Source of the DNA: Pirellulales bacterium
Lineage (GTDB): Bacteria; Planctomycetota; Planctomycetia; Pirellulales; Lacipirellulaceae
DNA length: 64,000 bases
Direction: 5' to 3'
NCBI GenBank assembly: GCA_041740115.1
Contig: JBGSMO010000487.1
Coordinates: forward strand, 7,953-71,952
The notes beneath the pieces were generated by a model. It saw only the letters and a list, made by a program, of their open reading frames with translations, was not told where the DNA came from and made no database searches. The first letter of the stretch is position 1. Every line of letters begins with the position of its first letter. This document shows, in pieces, positions 53,669 through 63,513 of this stretch. The translations under genes were made by a program, and so were the position numbers.

Positions 53669-54991
53669 CTACTTTTTCAACTCCCGCACGTAGTCGGCCC
53701 ACAACTGGTCGACTGATTTGTCGGTGAATTCTTCCCACAGCGCTTCGTCGTAATCGCCGTTGCGCATGGCGGCGTTGAACTTTTCAATTATCTTGGGATC
53801 GTGCTCGGCGACGACGTATTCGAGAAACGCCGCGGTCGTCTGGTAGCTGTCGGTGTAGTTCGCGCGGTCGGGATTTGGCTGCCGGCGCTTCTCGACGGGC
53901 TCGTAGAGAGACCAGCGGATATAGTCGGCCAGCCCTTCAACCATCCAGCCGGGATTGCGTCGGGCGCCGCGAGTCCGTCCATATTGCTGGACGATATGGA
54001 CCATCTCATGCACGACGGCGCCAGCCGCTTCGCCGTCGAGATTCCGCGAAAACCACGGCTCGGCGCAATGAATCTTGGTTCCCATCGCGTGGGCAACTCC
54101 TTCCATGTCGGCGTGGAAGTAGATCGTGAATCGCTCCGGGGCGGCGTATTCTTCGCTTGGCAGCATCTCGACGATCTTGGGATACCACTCGACGCAGATC
54201 GGCTTGAGCGTTTCGTCGATCCAAGGCTGCAAGGCTGGAGCGTCGGAGGCGTCGAACGTGATCTCGTACTTATCGCCTATTCTCACGACCTCGGGCGTCA
54301 AGCGGGCCGGGGGCTCGTGCTTGCGGCCGTCGTCGACGTCGATCTCGCTGAAAAAGGTGAGGCCGAACGGCGTCTCAGTTTCAGTCCGCAATACCTCAAA
54401 CAACAGGTAGCGATGTTTGCCGAGACGCCTCCCCTTGGGGCCGGCGATGCTGACGCCGTGCTGCCCGCCGAGTTCGCCCTCGGCTGGTCGGGTGTCGACG
54501 CTGGCGATCAGCTTCCAATCGGCGCTCGGCAAATCAGCTTCCTTCGCTGAACCGACGTCGAAGGACTTCACTCGCGAATTGTCGCCGTAAAGTTTGTAGA
54601 CCTGCGGACCTCGCGATCCGGCGTGCCATGAATAGGAGTTCACCCGCTTGATCGCGGTTTCTTCTCCCAAATCGACGAGTAGACGCCCTCCCTCCGAGCC
54701 TGCGGCAAAAAAGAAATTCGCGAGCGGATCGTCCGCATTGCCGGGGAGCTTGCCGTCGTTCAGAGCGTTAAGCTGCCCGCCCTTGGCGTCGCGGCGGCCG
54801 GCGACGATCTTCACCTTTGCCGAGTTGGCTGCGTCCGTTGGCGACGGCGCCGGAATCTTGTCGAACTTGAAATCGGCTGTCGCTTGATCGCCCCGATTAA
54901 CCTCGACGGTCACTTCCGCTTCTGCCCAGACAGGACAAGGCATCCTCAGAACGCAGACGACGACGGCTATCCGAAAAGCAGCGTGGCCCAT
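53669..54991 (-). CDS. Basic secretory protein (BSP)-type zincin peptidase with N-terminal beta-sandwich-like domain
   Basis: AVVHEMVHIVQQY...GWMVEGLADYIR (HExxH plus distal E); signal-like N-terminus. Confidence 0.82.
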   Translation of the reverse strand: MGHAAFRIAVVVCVLRMPCPVWAEAEVTVEVNRGDQATADFKFDKIPAPSPTDAANSAKVKIVAGRRDAKGGQLNALNDGKLPGNADDPLANFFFAAGSEGGRLLVDLGEETAIKRVNSYSWHAGSRGPQVYKLYGDNSRVKSFDVGSAKEADLPSADWKLIASVDTRPAEGELGGQHGVSIAGPKGRRLGKHRYLLFEVLRTETETPFGLTFFSEIDVDDGRKHEPPARLTPEVVRIGDKYEITFDASDAPALQPWIDETLKPICVEWYPKIVEMLPSEEYAAPERFTIYFHADMEGVAHAMGTKIHCAEPWFSRNLDGEAAGAVVHEMVHIVQQYGRTRGARRNPGWMVEGLADYIRWSLYEPVEKRRQPNPDRANYTDSYQTTAAFLEYVVAEHDPKIIEKFNAAMRNGDYDEALWEEFTDKSVDQLWADYVRELKK

Positions 54992-55016
54992 CGCTCCGAC
55001 CTTTCTGAGCAGGGCG

Positions 55017-56054
55017 TCACCCGTCGCTAGTCGCCGCGCGGATGTCGCCCAGTAATGCGTCGACCTCGGCGACGGTTGTCGCCCAAGAACACATGAATCG
55101 CGCCGAACCTTGACCGATGAAAGTGTAGTATCGCCAACCTCGCTCCGCGAGATGCCGATGGACTTTTTCTGGTAGCAGAGCAAAGACGGCGTTGGCGTCG
55201 ATTGGATGGAGAAGCTTGACGCCCGCCATGTCTCTCAGCCCATCGGCCAGTCGAGCGGCCATGGCGTTGCCCTGGCGAGCGTGCCGCAGCCACGCCGACT
55301 CGGTGAGGAGCCCCAGCCACGGAGCGGTCAAAAACCTCATCTTCGATGCGAGTTGGCCGGCCTGCTTGCAGCGGTAAGCGAAGTCAGCGGCTAGGCGACG
55401 ATCGAAAAAGAGGACCGCTTCGCCGACGGGCAATCCAATCTTGGCCCCACCGAGGCAGAGCACGTCGACCTGAGCCGCACGAACGATCTCGCCAGGAGGA
55501 ACGTCCAGTGTGGCGACGGCGTTGGCGAAGCGGGCGCCATCCATGTGGACTCGCAGTCCCAGACGCTTCGCCGCCGCGCCCAGTTCGTTGAGCTCGGCCA
55601 AGGAGTAAACCGTGCCCATCTCCGTCGACTGGGTGATACTCAGGACATGCGGCTTCGGATAGTGAATATCCGTGCGGCGCGTAACCAACTCTTCAACCGA
55701 CGCGACGTCGATCTTGCCGTGCAATGAATTGGCGAGCAGCAACTTGGCGCCGCCGGAGAAGAATTCGGGGCCGCCGCACTCGTCGGTTTCCAAATGCGCG
55801 ACATCCGCGCAAATGACGCTGTGATAGGGCTGGCAGCAAGTGGAGACGGCCAGCGAATTAGCCGCGGTGCCGTTGAAGACGAAGAAGACCTCGCAGTCGG
55901 CGGCGAACAACTCGCGCAGGCGGTCGGCGACGACGGACGTGTAGCGATCGTTGCCGTAGGAGGCCTGCGACCCCGCATTCGCTGCGATGAAGGCCTCGAG
56001 CGCCTCGGGGCAAGCGCCGGCCGTATTGTCGCTGGCGAATTGACAGTCTGGCAT
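55017..56054 (-). CDS. ltaE: Low-specificity L-threonine aldolase
   Basis: FASDNTAG, VFNGTAAN, HMDGARFANA and KQAGQLASKMRF. Confidence 0.92.
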   Translation of the reverse strand: MPDCQFASDNTAGACPEALEAFIAANAGSQASYGNDRYTSVVADRLRELFAADCEVFFVFNGTAANSLAVSTCCQPYHSVICADVAHLETDECGGPEFFSGGAKLLLANSLHGKIDVASVEELVTRRTDIHYPKPHVLSITQSTEMGTVYSLAELNELGAAAKRLGLRVHMDGARFANAVATLDVPPGEIVRAAQVDVLCLGGAKIGLPVGEAVLFFDRRLAADFAYRCKQAGQLASKMRFLTAPWLGLLTESAWLRHARQGNAMAARLADGLRDMAGVKLLHPIDANAVFALLPEKVHRHLAERGWRYYTFIGQGSARFMCSWATTVAEVDALLGDIRAATSDG

Positions 56055-56105
56055 GACCGTCGATTCCGTTTCGCTCTTCATGTTGTGCAATCTGCCTGAT
56101 GGATA

Positions 56106-57068
56106 CTACGATTGCCCGTTTCCAAATGCGCTTTTCAACAACGACAGGCTCTGCGGAATCGCGGTTCGCCAGTCCTCGTTGCCCTCGAATTCCAGCGACA
56201 CGTACCCGCGGTAGCCGTGCCGCCGCAACATCTCGGCAATCCGCGGATAGTCGAGTTCCAGCGAGTACCAGACGCCGCCGCCGTAGTAGGTTTTCGCTTG
56301 CACGAAGACGGTTTCAGGCGCAAGCATCTCGAGCCGATCGTAGGGATCCTCGAGAAAGTTGCCCGTATCGAGCGTCACGCGCAGCCAGGGCGAGTCGATC
56401 GCGTTGACGATCCGCAGCACCCCTTCCGGCGTCAGGCCTAAGCCCCAATGGTTTTCCAATCCGAGCGTCACGCCGCACTTTTCCGCCGTCGGCACGCACT
56501 TCTCGAACGAGTCGATCACCCATTTGAACCCGTCGTCGTCCGAATATCCTTCCAGGCGAGGTTCGACGCCGCGATTGGCCATGAGCGCGTCAAAATCTTT
56601 GCTCGTTCCCCAGCGTCCCGTGTTGACGCGCATCGTGGGGATGCCGAGGGCGTACGCCAGTTCGATGGCGCGGTTCGTGTGATCGATGTTCTTCTGGCGA
56701 ATCGCCGGATCAGGCGAGAGAAAGCCTTGGTGCGTGCTCAAACCGCAGAGACTCACGCCATTGATGAGCGCTCGCTGCTTGAGCCGCTGCAGATAGGCTG
56801 GCTGTTCGCTCTCCATTTGCATCTGCAAGATTTCCACGGCGTCGAAGCCCATTCGGGCCGCTTCGTCGATGCACGTTTCGATTGGCAGCTTCGAATCGTC
56901 CTTGAATCGCCAGAAGGAATAGGTCGACACGGCGATCGGATTGCCACTCGCGGGAACGGGAGGCGGCGGCGCGGCCGACTGCGGCTCGGCGACCGCCGTC
57001 GCAATAGTAGCGCCGGTTCCGGCGGCGACAGCTGCGTGGGCGAGAAATTGGCGACGATTCGAAGGCAT
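56106..57068 (-). CDS. Tat-exported sugar phosphate isomerase/epimerase-family TIM barrel
   Basis: Twin-arginine MPSNRRQFL; LGLENHWG, LDTGNF and YVSLEFEG metal-binding motifs. Confidence 0.88.
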   Translation of the reverse strand: MPSNRRQFLAHAAVAAGTGATIATAVAEPQSAAPPPPVPASGNPIAVSTYSFWRFKDDSKLPIETCIDEAARMGFDAVEILQMQMESEQPAYLQRLKQRALINGVSLCGLSTHQGFLSPDPAIRQKNIDHTNRAIELAYALGIPTMRVNTGRWGTSKDFDALMANRGVEPRLEGYSDDDGFKWVIDSFEKCVPTAEKCGVTLGLENHWGLGLTPEGVLRIVNAIDSPWLRVTLDTGNFLEDPYDRLEMLAPETVFVQAKTYYGGGVWYSLELDYPRIAEMLRRHGYRGYVSLEFEGNEDWRTAIPQSLSLLKSAFGNGQS

Positions 57069-57220
57069 CACGGCAATTCTCCAGCGGTGCGATTTGATCA
57101 GAGACACAGGTGGATGGCGGAGCGACGACTTCGCGCCGGCAAGCATTCTAACTGATTTGGCGTCGCGAGGGCTCCTCTAAAGCCCTTCGCTTGCGGCGTG
57201 CCTTGCCAGTGCGAGTCAGC

Positions 57221-57652
57221 CTACACCGCGTCAATCAAGTCAATCCGCCGCTGGTGCCGGCCACCCTCGAACGGCGTCGCCAGCCAGGCGTCGACGATCG
57301 CCAGCGCCGTTTCTTCCGACATCATCCGTTCGCCAAGAGAAATGACGTTGGCGTCGTTATGTTGACGCCCGAGCTTGGCCGATTCGACGTTCCAGCAGAG
57401 GGCGCATCGGACTCCCTTCACGCGGTTCGCGACAATCGCCTCGCCGTTGCCGGAACCGCCCAGCACGATCCCGCGCTCGAACTCGCCGCGAGCGACCGCC
57501 TCGGCGACCGGCCGAATGAACAGGGGGTAATCGACCGCCTCCGGAGAGTCGGTTCCGAAGTCCTTGACCTGATGGCCCGTGGCCGCGAGGCGGGTCTTGA
57601 TCAATTCCTTGTAGCGGAATCCAGCGTGATCGGAACCGATGGCAATGTTCAT
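57221..57652 (-). CDS. rpiB: Ribose-5-phosphate isomerase B
   Basis: IAIGSDHAG, VDYP, GSGNG...ANRVKGVR and FEGGRHQRRI. Gly occupies the usual catalytic Cys position (VLGGSGNG). Confidence 0.93.
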   Translation of the reverse strand: MNIAIGSDHAGFRYKELIKTRLAATGHQVKDFGTDSPEAVDYPLFIRPVAEAVARGEFERGIVLGGSGNGEAIVANRVKGVRCALCWNVESAKLGRQHNDANVISLGERMMSEETALAIVDAWLATPFEGGRHQRRIDLIDAV

Positions 57653-57841
57653 GGCGGTAAGCGAAAGGCAATGGAGGTGTCAAGCAAACCGACAATTCTA
57701 CCGGCCAAGTCTGCGAGCGCCGACCAGTTCGAGGCCGCCGTCTCCAGGCGAAATCGCGACGCCGTTCAAGTCGTCGGCGTGAGGTATACTTGCCCGTCGT
57801 AAATCCGCGGCCGACAAGCTTCCGCCAGAGATCCGCCATAC

Positions 57842-58240
57842 TTGAAACACCGAGTCTTCAACTACGAATCTCGCAGCGAACCCCTCCTGGCGCGGGCGGC
57901 GTTCGCTCGTCGACTCGGCGTAAACCTGCTCGTGGCGCTTTTGCTGATTGGAGCGTCGCTGCTAGCCGGCATGGCCGGGTACCATCATTTCGAATCGATG
58001 CCGTGGATCGACGCCTTTGCCAACGCCTCGATGATTCTCTCCGGCATGGGCCCGCTGGCGCCGATGAACACCTGGGGCGGGAAGTGCTTCGCCGGCTGGT
58101 ACGCCCTCTACAGCGGCCTCGCGCTCATCCTAGTGAGCGGACTGATTCTGGCCCCCCTTCTGCATCGCCTCATGCACCGCTTCCACCTCGACACCGAGGA
58201 AGACGAAGAAGTGACCGAGAGGAATCGACCGTCATCCTGA
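57842..58240 (+). CDS. Small two-TM membrane protein with a K+-channel-like pore architecture
   Basis: TM1, then WIDAFANASMILSGMGP and P.NTWGGK, then TM2. Confidence 0.65.
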   Translation: MKHRVFNYESRSEPLLARAAFARRLGVNLLVALLLIGASLLAGMAGYHHFESMPWIDAFANASMILSGMGPLAPMNTWGGKCFAGWYALYSGLALILVSGLILAPLLHRLMHRFHLDTEEDEEVTERNRPSS

Positions 58241-58304
58241 GCGCAGCGAAGGATCTGGCATCTCCAACGGGCTTCCAGATTCTTCGCTGCGCTCTGAATG
58301 ACGG
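58229..58304. repeat. CGTC-type REP doublet between convergent genes
   Basis: CCGTCATCCTGAGCGCAGCGAAGGATCT pairs with 58277-58304 (25/28). Confidence 0.85.
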
Positions 58305-58328
58305 CAGGGTGAGCCTTCATGGCTATTC

Positions 58329-61300
58329 TCACTCCAGCGTGATCAGCAGATCGCCCGCCTCGACTTGCCCCCCCGTGCCGACGTGAATCGTCGCCACCGT
58401 GCCGTCGGCCTCGGCGGCGATGGTGGTCTCCATCTTCATCGCTTCGAGCGTCATTAGCTTCTGGCCCTTGGCAACCTTCTCCCCCGCTTGGACGGCGACT
58501 AGCACGACCATGCCGGGCATGCTGGCCCCGATCTGCTTCGGATTATTCGGGTCGGCCTTCGCGGCGACGGTCGCTTCGTTCACCAGCGAGCGGTCGGTCA
58601 CTGTCACCTCGCGTGGCTGGCCGTTCAGTTCGAAGAAAACGCCGCGGGTTCCGTCGGCGTGCGGCTCCCCAACCGTGAGGAACTTGATAATGAGAGTCTT
58701 TCCCGGCTCGATGTCGACCGCGATCTCTTCCTGCGACTCCATGCCGTAGAGGAAGATTGGCGTCGGCAGCACGCCCGTGTCGCCATAGTGCTGCTGGTGC
58801 TGGGCGAACTGCTCGAAGACCTGCGGGTACATGAAGTGCGAGACGACTTCCTGCGGCGTTGGTTCCCCTTCGGTGAGCGGGGCGATCTTCTCCTTCGCCG
58901 CGGCGAAGTCGGCCGGCGGCAGCGTGTCGCCGGGGCGGCCTTCGACCGGCTTCTCGTCGCGGAGAATGCGCTTCTGCACTTCCTTGGGGAAACCAAAAGT
59001 AGTCTGTCCCATCTTGCCGCCGAGCAGGTCGAGCACCGACCGCGGGAACGCTAGTTCGCGATCGGTCGCCATCAACTCGGCGCAACTCAGGTCGTTCGCC
59101 ACGAGGAACAGCGCCATGTCGCCGACCGCCTTCGACGTCGGCGTCACTTTGACGATGTCGCCGAAGAGCTGGTTGACGTCGGCGTAGACGCGGCAAACTT
59201 CCAGCCATCGCGACGCCAACCCGAGCGCCTGGGCTTGCTGAAACAGATTCGTGTACTGCCCGCCGGGCATCTCGTGTTGATACAGATCCGCTCCCGCCGC
59301 CAGCACCGGACTCTCGAACGGAGCGTAAAATTCCCGGGCCTCGCGCCAGTATTCCGAAATCGCGTCGAGCGCGGCCGCATCAAGATTCGAAGCCCGCGGC
59401 GTGAACCGCAGCCCCTCGACCATCGTGTTGAGATTCGGCTGCGAGGTGCCGCCCGACATCGAGGCGAGCGCGCCGTCGGCAATGTCGAGCCCCGCCTCGG
59501 CCGCGTTCAGGATCGACGCCGCCTGGACGCCGCCAGTGTCGTGGGTGTGGAAGTGGATTGGAATGCCGACCTCTTCCTTCAGCGCCTTCACCAGCACCGC
59601 CGCCGCATGCGGCTTGAGCAACCCCGCCATATCCTTGATCGCGAGGATGTGAGCCCCCATCTGCTCCAGCTCTTTGGCGAGGTCGACGTAGTACTTCAAG
59701 CTGTACTTCGTCCGCTGCGGATTGAGGATGTCGCCGGTGTAGCAGATGGCCGCCTCGCAAATGGCATCGGTTTGCTGCACCGCCTCCATGGCGACCCGCA
59801 TGTTGGGGGTCCAGTTCAGCGCGTCGAAGATGCGGAAGACGTCGATTCCCGCCGCGGCCGACTCGCGGACGCACTCGGCGACGACGTTGTCGGGATAGTT
59901 CGCGTACCCCATCGCGCTGGAGGCCCGCAGCAGCATCTGGAACAGGATGTTCGGAATCTTTTCCCGCAGAATTTCCAACCTCAGCCAGGGCGATTCCTTC
60001 AAAAACCGCATCGACGTGTCGAACGTCGCCCCGCCCCACATCTCGATCGAGAAGAGGTCCGCCGCGTTCCGCGCGTAGGCGTCGGCGATGACCGCTAAGT
60101 CGTAGGTGCGGAACCGAGTCGCCAGCAGCGACTGATGGGCGTCGCGCATCGTCGTGTCGGTCCACAGGAGCGGCTTCTGTTCCTTGACCCATTTCGTGAA
60201 CCCCCCGACGCCAAGCTCCCTCAGCCGGTCGCGCGTCCCCTTGGGGAGCGGGCCCCTGGCGTCGACCGCCGGCAGCACGGCCGGTTCACGCCGCTTGGCG
60301 CGGGGCTGCCCCTTCACGATCGCGTTGCCGTTGACGATTATGTCGCCGATGTAGGTGAGCAGCTTCGTCGCCCGGTCGCGACGCGGGACGAAGTCGAACA
60401 ACGACGGCGTCTCGTCGATGAACCGCGTCGTGCAGTTGCCCGCCATAAAAGTGGGGTCGGTGATCAGCCGGGTGAGGAACGGAATGTTCGTCTTCACGCC
60501 GCGGATGCGGAACTCCTGGAGACAGCGTTCCATCCTCTCGGCGGCGTCGACGAAGTTTCGCCCCCATGCGCTTACCTTCACGAGCAGCGAGTCGTAATAA
60601 GGAAACACCACGGCGCCGGAGAACGCCGTCCCGGCGTCGAGCCGCACCCCCATGCCGCCGGCCGAGCGGTAGTGAGTGATCCGACCATAGTCGGGCATGA
60701 ATCGATTGGAGGGATCCTCGGTGGTCACGCGACACTGGATCGCAAAGCCGGTGGTTTCGACCGCCGCTTGCGAAGGGAGTCCGATCGCGTCGCTGCCCAG
60801 CGCTTCGCCCTGGGCGACCAGAATCTGCGAGCGGACAATGTCGATGCCGGTCACCTCCTCGGTGACCGTATGCTCGACCTGGATCCGCGGATTCACTTCG
60901 ATGAAGTAGAACTCGTTCGTGTCGGCGTCGACCAGGAACTCGACCGTGCCCGCATTGTCGTACTTCACCGCAGCGCCGATCTGCACAGCCGCTTCGCAGA
61001 GCCGGTTGCGGACATCCGTCGGCAGGTTGGGCGCCGGAGCGATCTCGACGACCTTCTGATGCCGGCGCTGCACCGAGCAGTCGCGTTCAAACAGGTGAAC
61101 AAGGTTGCCGTGCCGGTCGCCCAGGAGCTGAACCTCAATGTGCCGAGCCCGCTTGATAAACTTCTCGACGAAGATCTCGGGACTGCCGAACGCGGTGAGC
61201 GACTCGCGCTTGGCCGATTCGTAGGAGTCAACGAAGTCCTTTGGATCGTTGACGACCCGCATGCCGCGGCCGCCGCCGCCGTGGGCCGCCTTGAGGATGA

Positions 61301-61772
61301 TGGGGAAGCCGAGCTTCTCCGCCGTCTTTAGCCCCTCAGCCACGTCGACGATGGGGGTATCACTGCCGCCGAGGACTGGAACGCCGACCTTGATCGCGAG
61401 TTCGCGCGCCTTGATCTTGTCGCCGAGGCCTTCGAGCAACTCGACGCGCGGGCCGACGAAGATGATTCCCGCCTCTTCGCACGCTTTGGCGAACTTCGGG
61501 TTTTCCGACAAGAACCCGTAGCCGGGATGGATTGCGTCGATCTCGTGTTGCTTGGCGAGCGCAATCACCCCCTCGATGTTGAGGTACGACTGCAGCGGCT
61601 GGCCTTCCTTGCCGACCGGGTAGGCCTCGTCCGCCTTGAAGCGGTGGAGGGCGTAGCGGTCTTCGTGGGAGTACATTGCCACGGTGCGGATGCCAAGCTC
61701 GTGAGCGCTGCGGAACACGCGGATCGCGATTTCACTACGGTTGGCGGCGAGAAGTCTGCGGATGGGCTTCAT
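58329..61772 (-). CDS. pyc: Pyruvate carboxylase
   Basis: LLAANRSEIAIR biotin carboxylase domain, DTTMRDAHQSL carboxyltransferase domain and EAMKME biotin-attachment motif. Confidence 0.98.
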   Translation of the reverse strand: MKPIRRLLAANRSEIAIRVFRSAHELGIRTVAMYSHEDRYALHRFKADEAYPVGKEGQPLQSYLNIEGVIALAKQHEIDAIHPGYGFLSENPKFAKACEEAGIIFVGPRVELLEGLGDKIKARELAIKVGVPVLGGSDTPIVDVAEGLKTAEKLGFPIILKAAHGGGGRGMRVVNDPKDFVDSYESAKRESLTAFGSPEIFVEKFIKRARHIEVQLLGDRHGNLVHLFERDCSVQRRHQKVVEIAPAPNLPTDVRNRLCEAAVQIGAAVKYDNAGTVEFLVDADTNEFYFIEVNPRIQVEHTVTEEVTGIDIVRSQILVAQGEALGSDAIGLPSQAAVETTGFAIQCRVTTEDPSNRFMPDYGRITHYRSAGGMGVRLDAGTAFSGAVVFPYYDSLLVKVSAWGRNFVDAAERMERCLQEFRIRGVKTNIPFLTRLITDPTFMAGNCTTRFIDETPSLFDFVPRRDRATKLLTYIGDIIVNGNAIVKGQPRAKRREPAVLPAVDARGPLPKGTRDRLRELGVGGFTKWVKEQKPLLWTDTTMRDAHQSLLATRFRTYDLAVIADAYARNAADLFSIEMWGGATFDTSMRFLKESPWLRLEILREKIPNILFQMLLRASSAMGYANYPDNVVAECVRESAAAGIDVFRIFDALNWTPNMRVAMEAVQQTDAICEAAICYTGDILNPQRTKYSLKYYVDLAKELEQMGAHILAIKDMAGLLKPHAAAVLVKALKEEVGIPIHFHTHDTGGVQAASILNAAEAGLDIADGALASMSGGTSQPNLNTMVEGLRFTPRASNLDAAALDAISEYWREAREFYAPFESPVLAAGADLYQHEMPGGQYTNLFQQAQALGLASRWLEVCRVYADVNQLFGDIVKVTPTSKAVGDMALFLVANDLSCAELMATDRELAFPRSVLDLLGGKMGQTTFGFPKEVQKRILRDEKPVEGRPGDTLPPADFAAAKEKIAPLTEGEPTPQEVVSHFMYPQVFEQFAQHQQHYGDTGVLPTPIFLYGMESQEEIAVDIEPGKTLIIKFLTVGEPHADGTRGVFFELNGQPREVTVTDRSLVNEATVAAKADPNNPKQIGASMPGMVVLVAVQAGEKVAKGQKLMTLEAMKMETTIAAEADGTVATIHVGTGGQVEAGDLLITLE

Positions 61773-61810
61773 AATGGCGAAAAGAGTTGGCAACTGGAAT
61801 TAATGTGCAA

Positions 61811-61900
61811 TGTCAGCCCCCGGCTCCGCCGGGGGGTAGCGCCACGCGCGGCGACGGTTGCCGGAATGGCGTCCGCCCCTCGGCGAAGCCGGGGGCTGCA
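61811..61900. repeat. REPIN-like doublet, copy B
   Basis: Aligns end to end with 11731-11821, including the spacer (GCCACGC..GGCGACG.TTGCCGGA.TGG). Confidence 0.85.
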
Positions 61901-62234
61901 AAGGACGCTCCAAGCGACGCAGGCGCCCAGGAGGAGCGATTGTCGCATGGAAGCGGAAGATTTTCGAGGCGCCATTGTCGGTGGCAGGCACGGGGCTTCT
62001 GTCGTCGTTCACCTGAACTGCAGCCGGCAGAGAAATTGCTTGAAAGTGGAAAGTGGCGCTTTCACTCAGTCGACAGCGCAGAATGGGAACTTTCTTTTCC
62101 TACTTGCCTTCCTGGGATTATTTCTGGTCAGCTTGCCATCGTCGTTCTTCGCTCTAGGAATGTGATCGAATATCCCCGCCGCCGAGCCAAGCACTCGGAC
62201 CGCCTGATCGCTGATCCAAGCATGGAGTCCATCG

Positions 62235-63239
62235 ATGCTCGTGACCGTCTACAGCACCAAACCGTATGATCGCCGCTTTCTCGACGTTGCGAATAGCGAC
62301 GGCCAGCATCAGTTCGTGTACTTCGAAGAACGGCTCAGCGATCATACGGCGATCGTACACGGCAATGCGCCGGCTGCCTGCGTGTTCGTGAACGACCAGT
62401 GCGATGCGGGAGCGCTGTCCGCACTGGCTCGTCAGGGCTGCCGCCTCATCGCGTTGCGCTGCGCGGGATTCAATAACGTCGACCTGCGGGCGGCCGAGCG
62501 TCTGGGACTAAGGGTTGTTCGCGTCCCCGCCTACTCGCCTTACGCCGTCGCCGAACATGCGCTCGCGCTGATCTTGTGCCTCAATCGCAAGATCCATCGG
62601 GCCCACAATCGCGTGCGCGAAGGAAACTTCGCGCTCCATGGCCTGCTTGGCTTCGACATGCACGGGAAGACGGTCGGCATCATCGGCACAGGCAAGATTG
62701 GCCTGATACTGGCCCGCACCTTGGCGGCGATGGGTTGCCGTGTCTTGGGGCACGATCCATTTCCCTCCCCTGAATTCGAACAGTTAGGCGGCTCGTATGT
62801 CGGTCTACCTGAGATTTGGAAGTCCTCCGACGTCATCAGTCTTCATTGCCCGCTGACGCCCGATTCTTATCACCTGATCAATTCCGGATCCATCGCCCAC
62901 ATGAAGCATGGCGTGATGATCGTCAACACCAGTCGCGGCGGACTGATCGACACCGAGGCGGTCATCCACGCTCTGAAGTGCCGACAGATCGGCCATCTCG
63001 CGCTCGACGTCTACGAGCAGGAAGCCGATTTGTTCTTCGAGAATCTCTCCGACACCATCATTCAGGACGATCAGTTTCAGCGATTGCTCACGTTTCCCAA
63101 TGTGCTGATCACCGGTCACCAAGCCTATTTCACGGACCAGGCCCTGACGAATATCGCCGAAACCACGATCGCCAACCTCACGGCGTTTGAGCAAGGCGCT
63201 CCGCTCCTCAACGAAGTCACCGCCGACCGCATCAAGTAG
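62235..63239 (+). CDS. ldhA: D-lactate dehydrogenase / 2-hydroxyacid dehydrogenase
   Basis: ALRCAGFNNVDL, VPAYSPYAVAEH, GIIGTGKIG, NTSRGG and LITGHQAY. Confidence 0.9.
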   Translation: MLVTVYSTKPYDRRFLDVANSDGQHQFVYFEERLSDHTAIVHGNAPAACVFVNDQCDAGALSALARQGCRLIALRCAGFNNVDLRAAERLGLRVVRVPAYSPYAVAEHALALILCLNRKIHRAHNRVREGNFALHGLLGFDMHGKTVGIIGTGKIGLILARTLAAMGCRVLGHDPFPSPEFEQLGGSYVGLPEIWKSSDVISLHCPLTPDSYHLINSGSIAHMKHGVMIVNTSRGGLIDTEAVIHALKCRQIGHLALDVYEQEADLFFENLSDTIIQDDQFQRLLTFPNVLITGHQAYFTDQALTNIAETTIANLTAFEQGAPLLNEVTADRIK

Positions 63240-63425
63240 CCGCCAGTCAACGACCCGCCGTAGGGAGGCAGGTGGGGTGGCAAAAGCGGGGACAAATTTG
63301 TGGCGCGCCGGCGGATCGTTGATCCGCGGCTAAACGGGCTCCAGGCCGACTTCACCAGCGAATGTCACTCCGGGCCCGGCGAAAAACGCCTTCCAAGGTT
63401 GCCGCTCCCGCAACGAATTCCTTCG

Positions 63426-63462
63426 GTTATGATAACAGATTGCCTGTACAATTGCCTGTACA
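63426..63462. promoter_or_regulatory. Candidate operator array
   Basis: Palindrome GTTAT-G-ATAAC (63426-63436), then tandem ATTGCCTGTACA x2 (63439-63462), about 50 bp upstream of the RND adaptor. Confidence 0.5.
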
Positions 63463-63513
63463 TCGTTACCCTATTGGGACTTCCTTCAACTCGTCGATCA
63501 ACGACCTGCCGCC

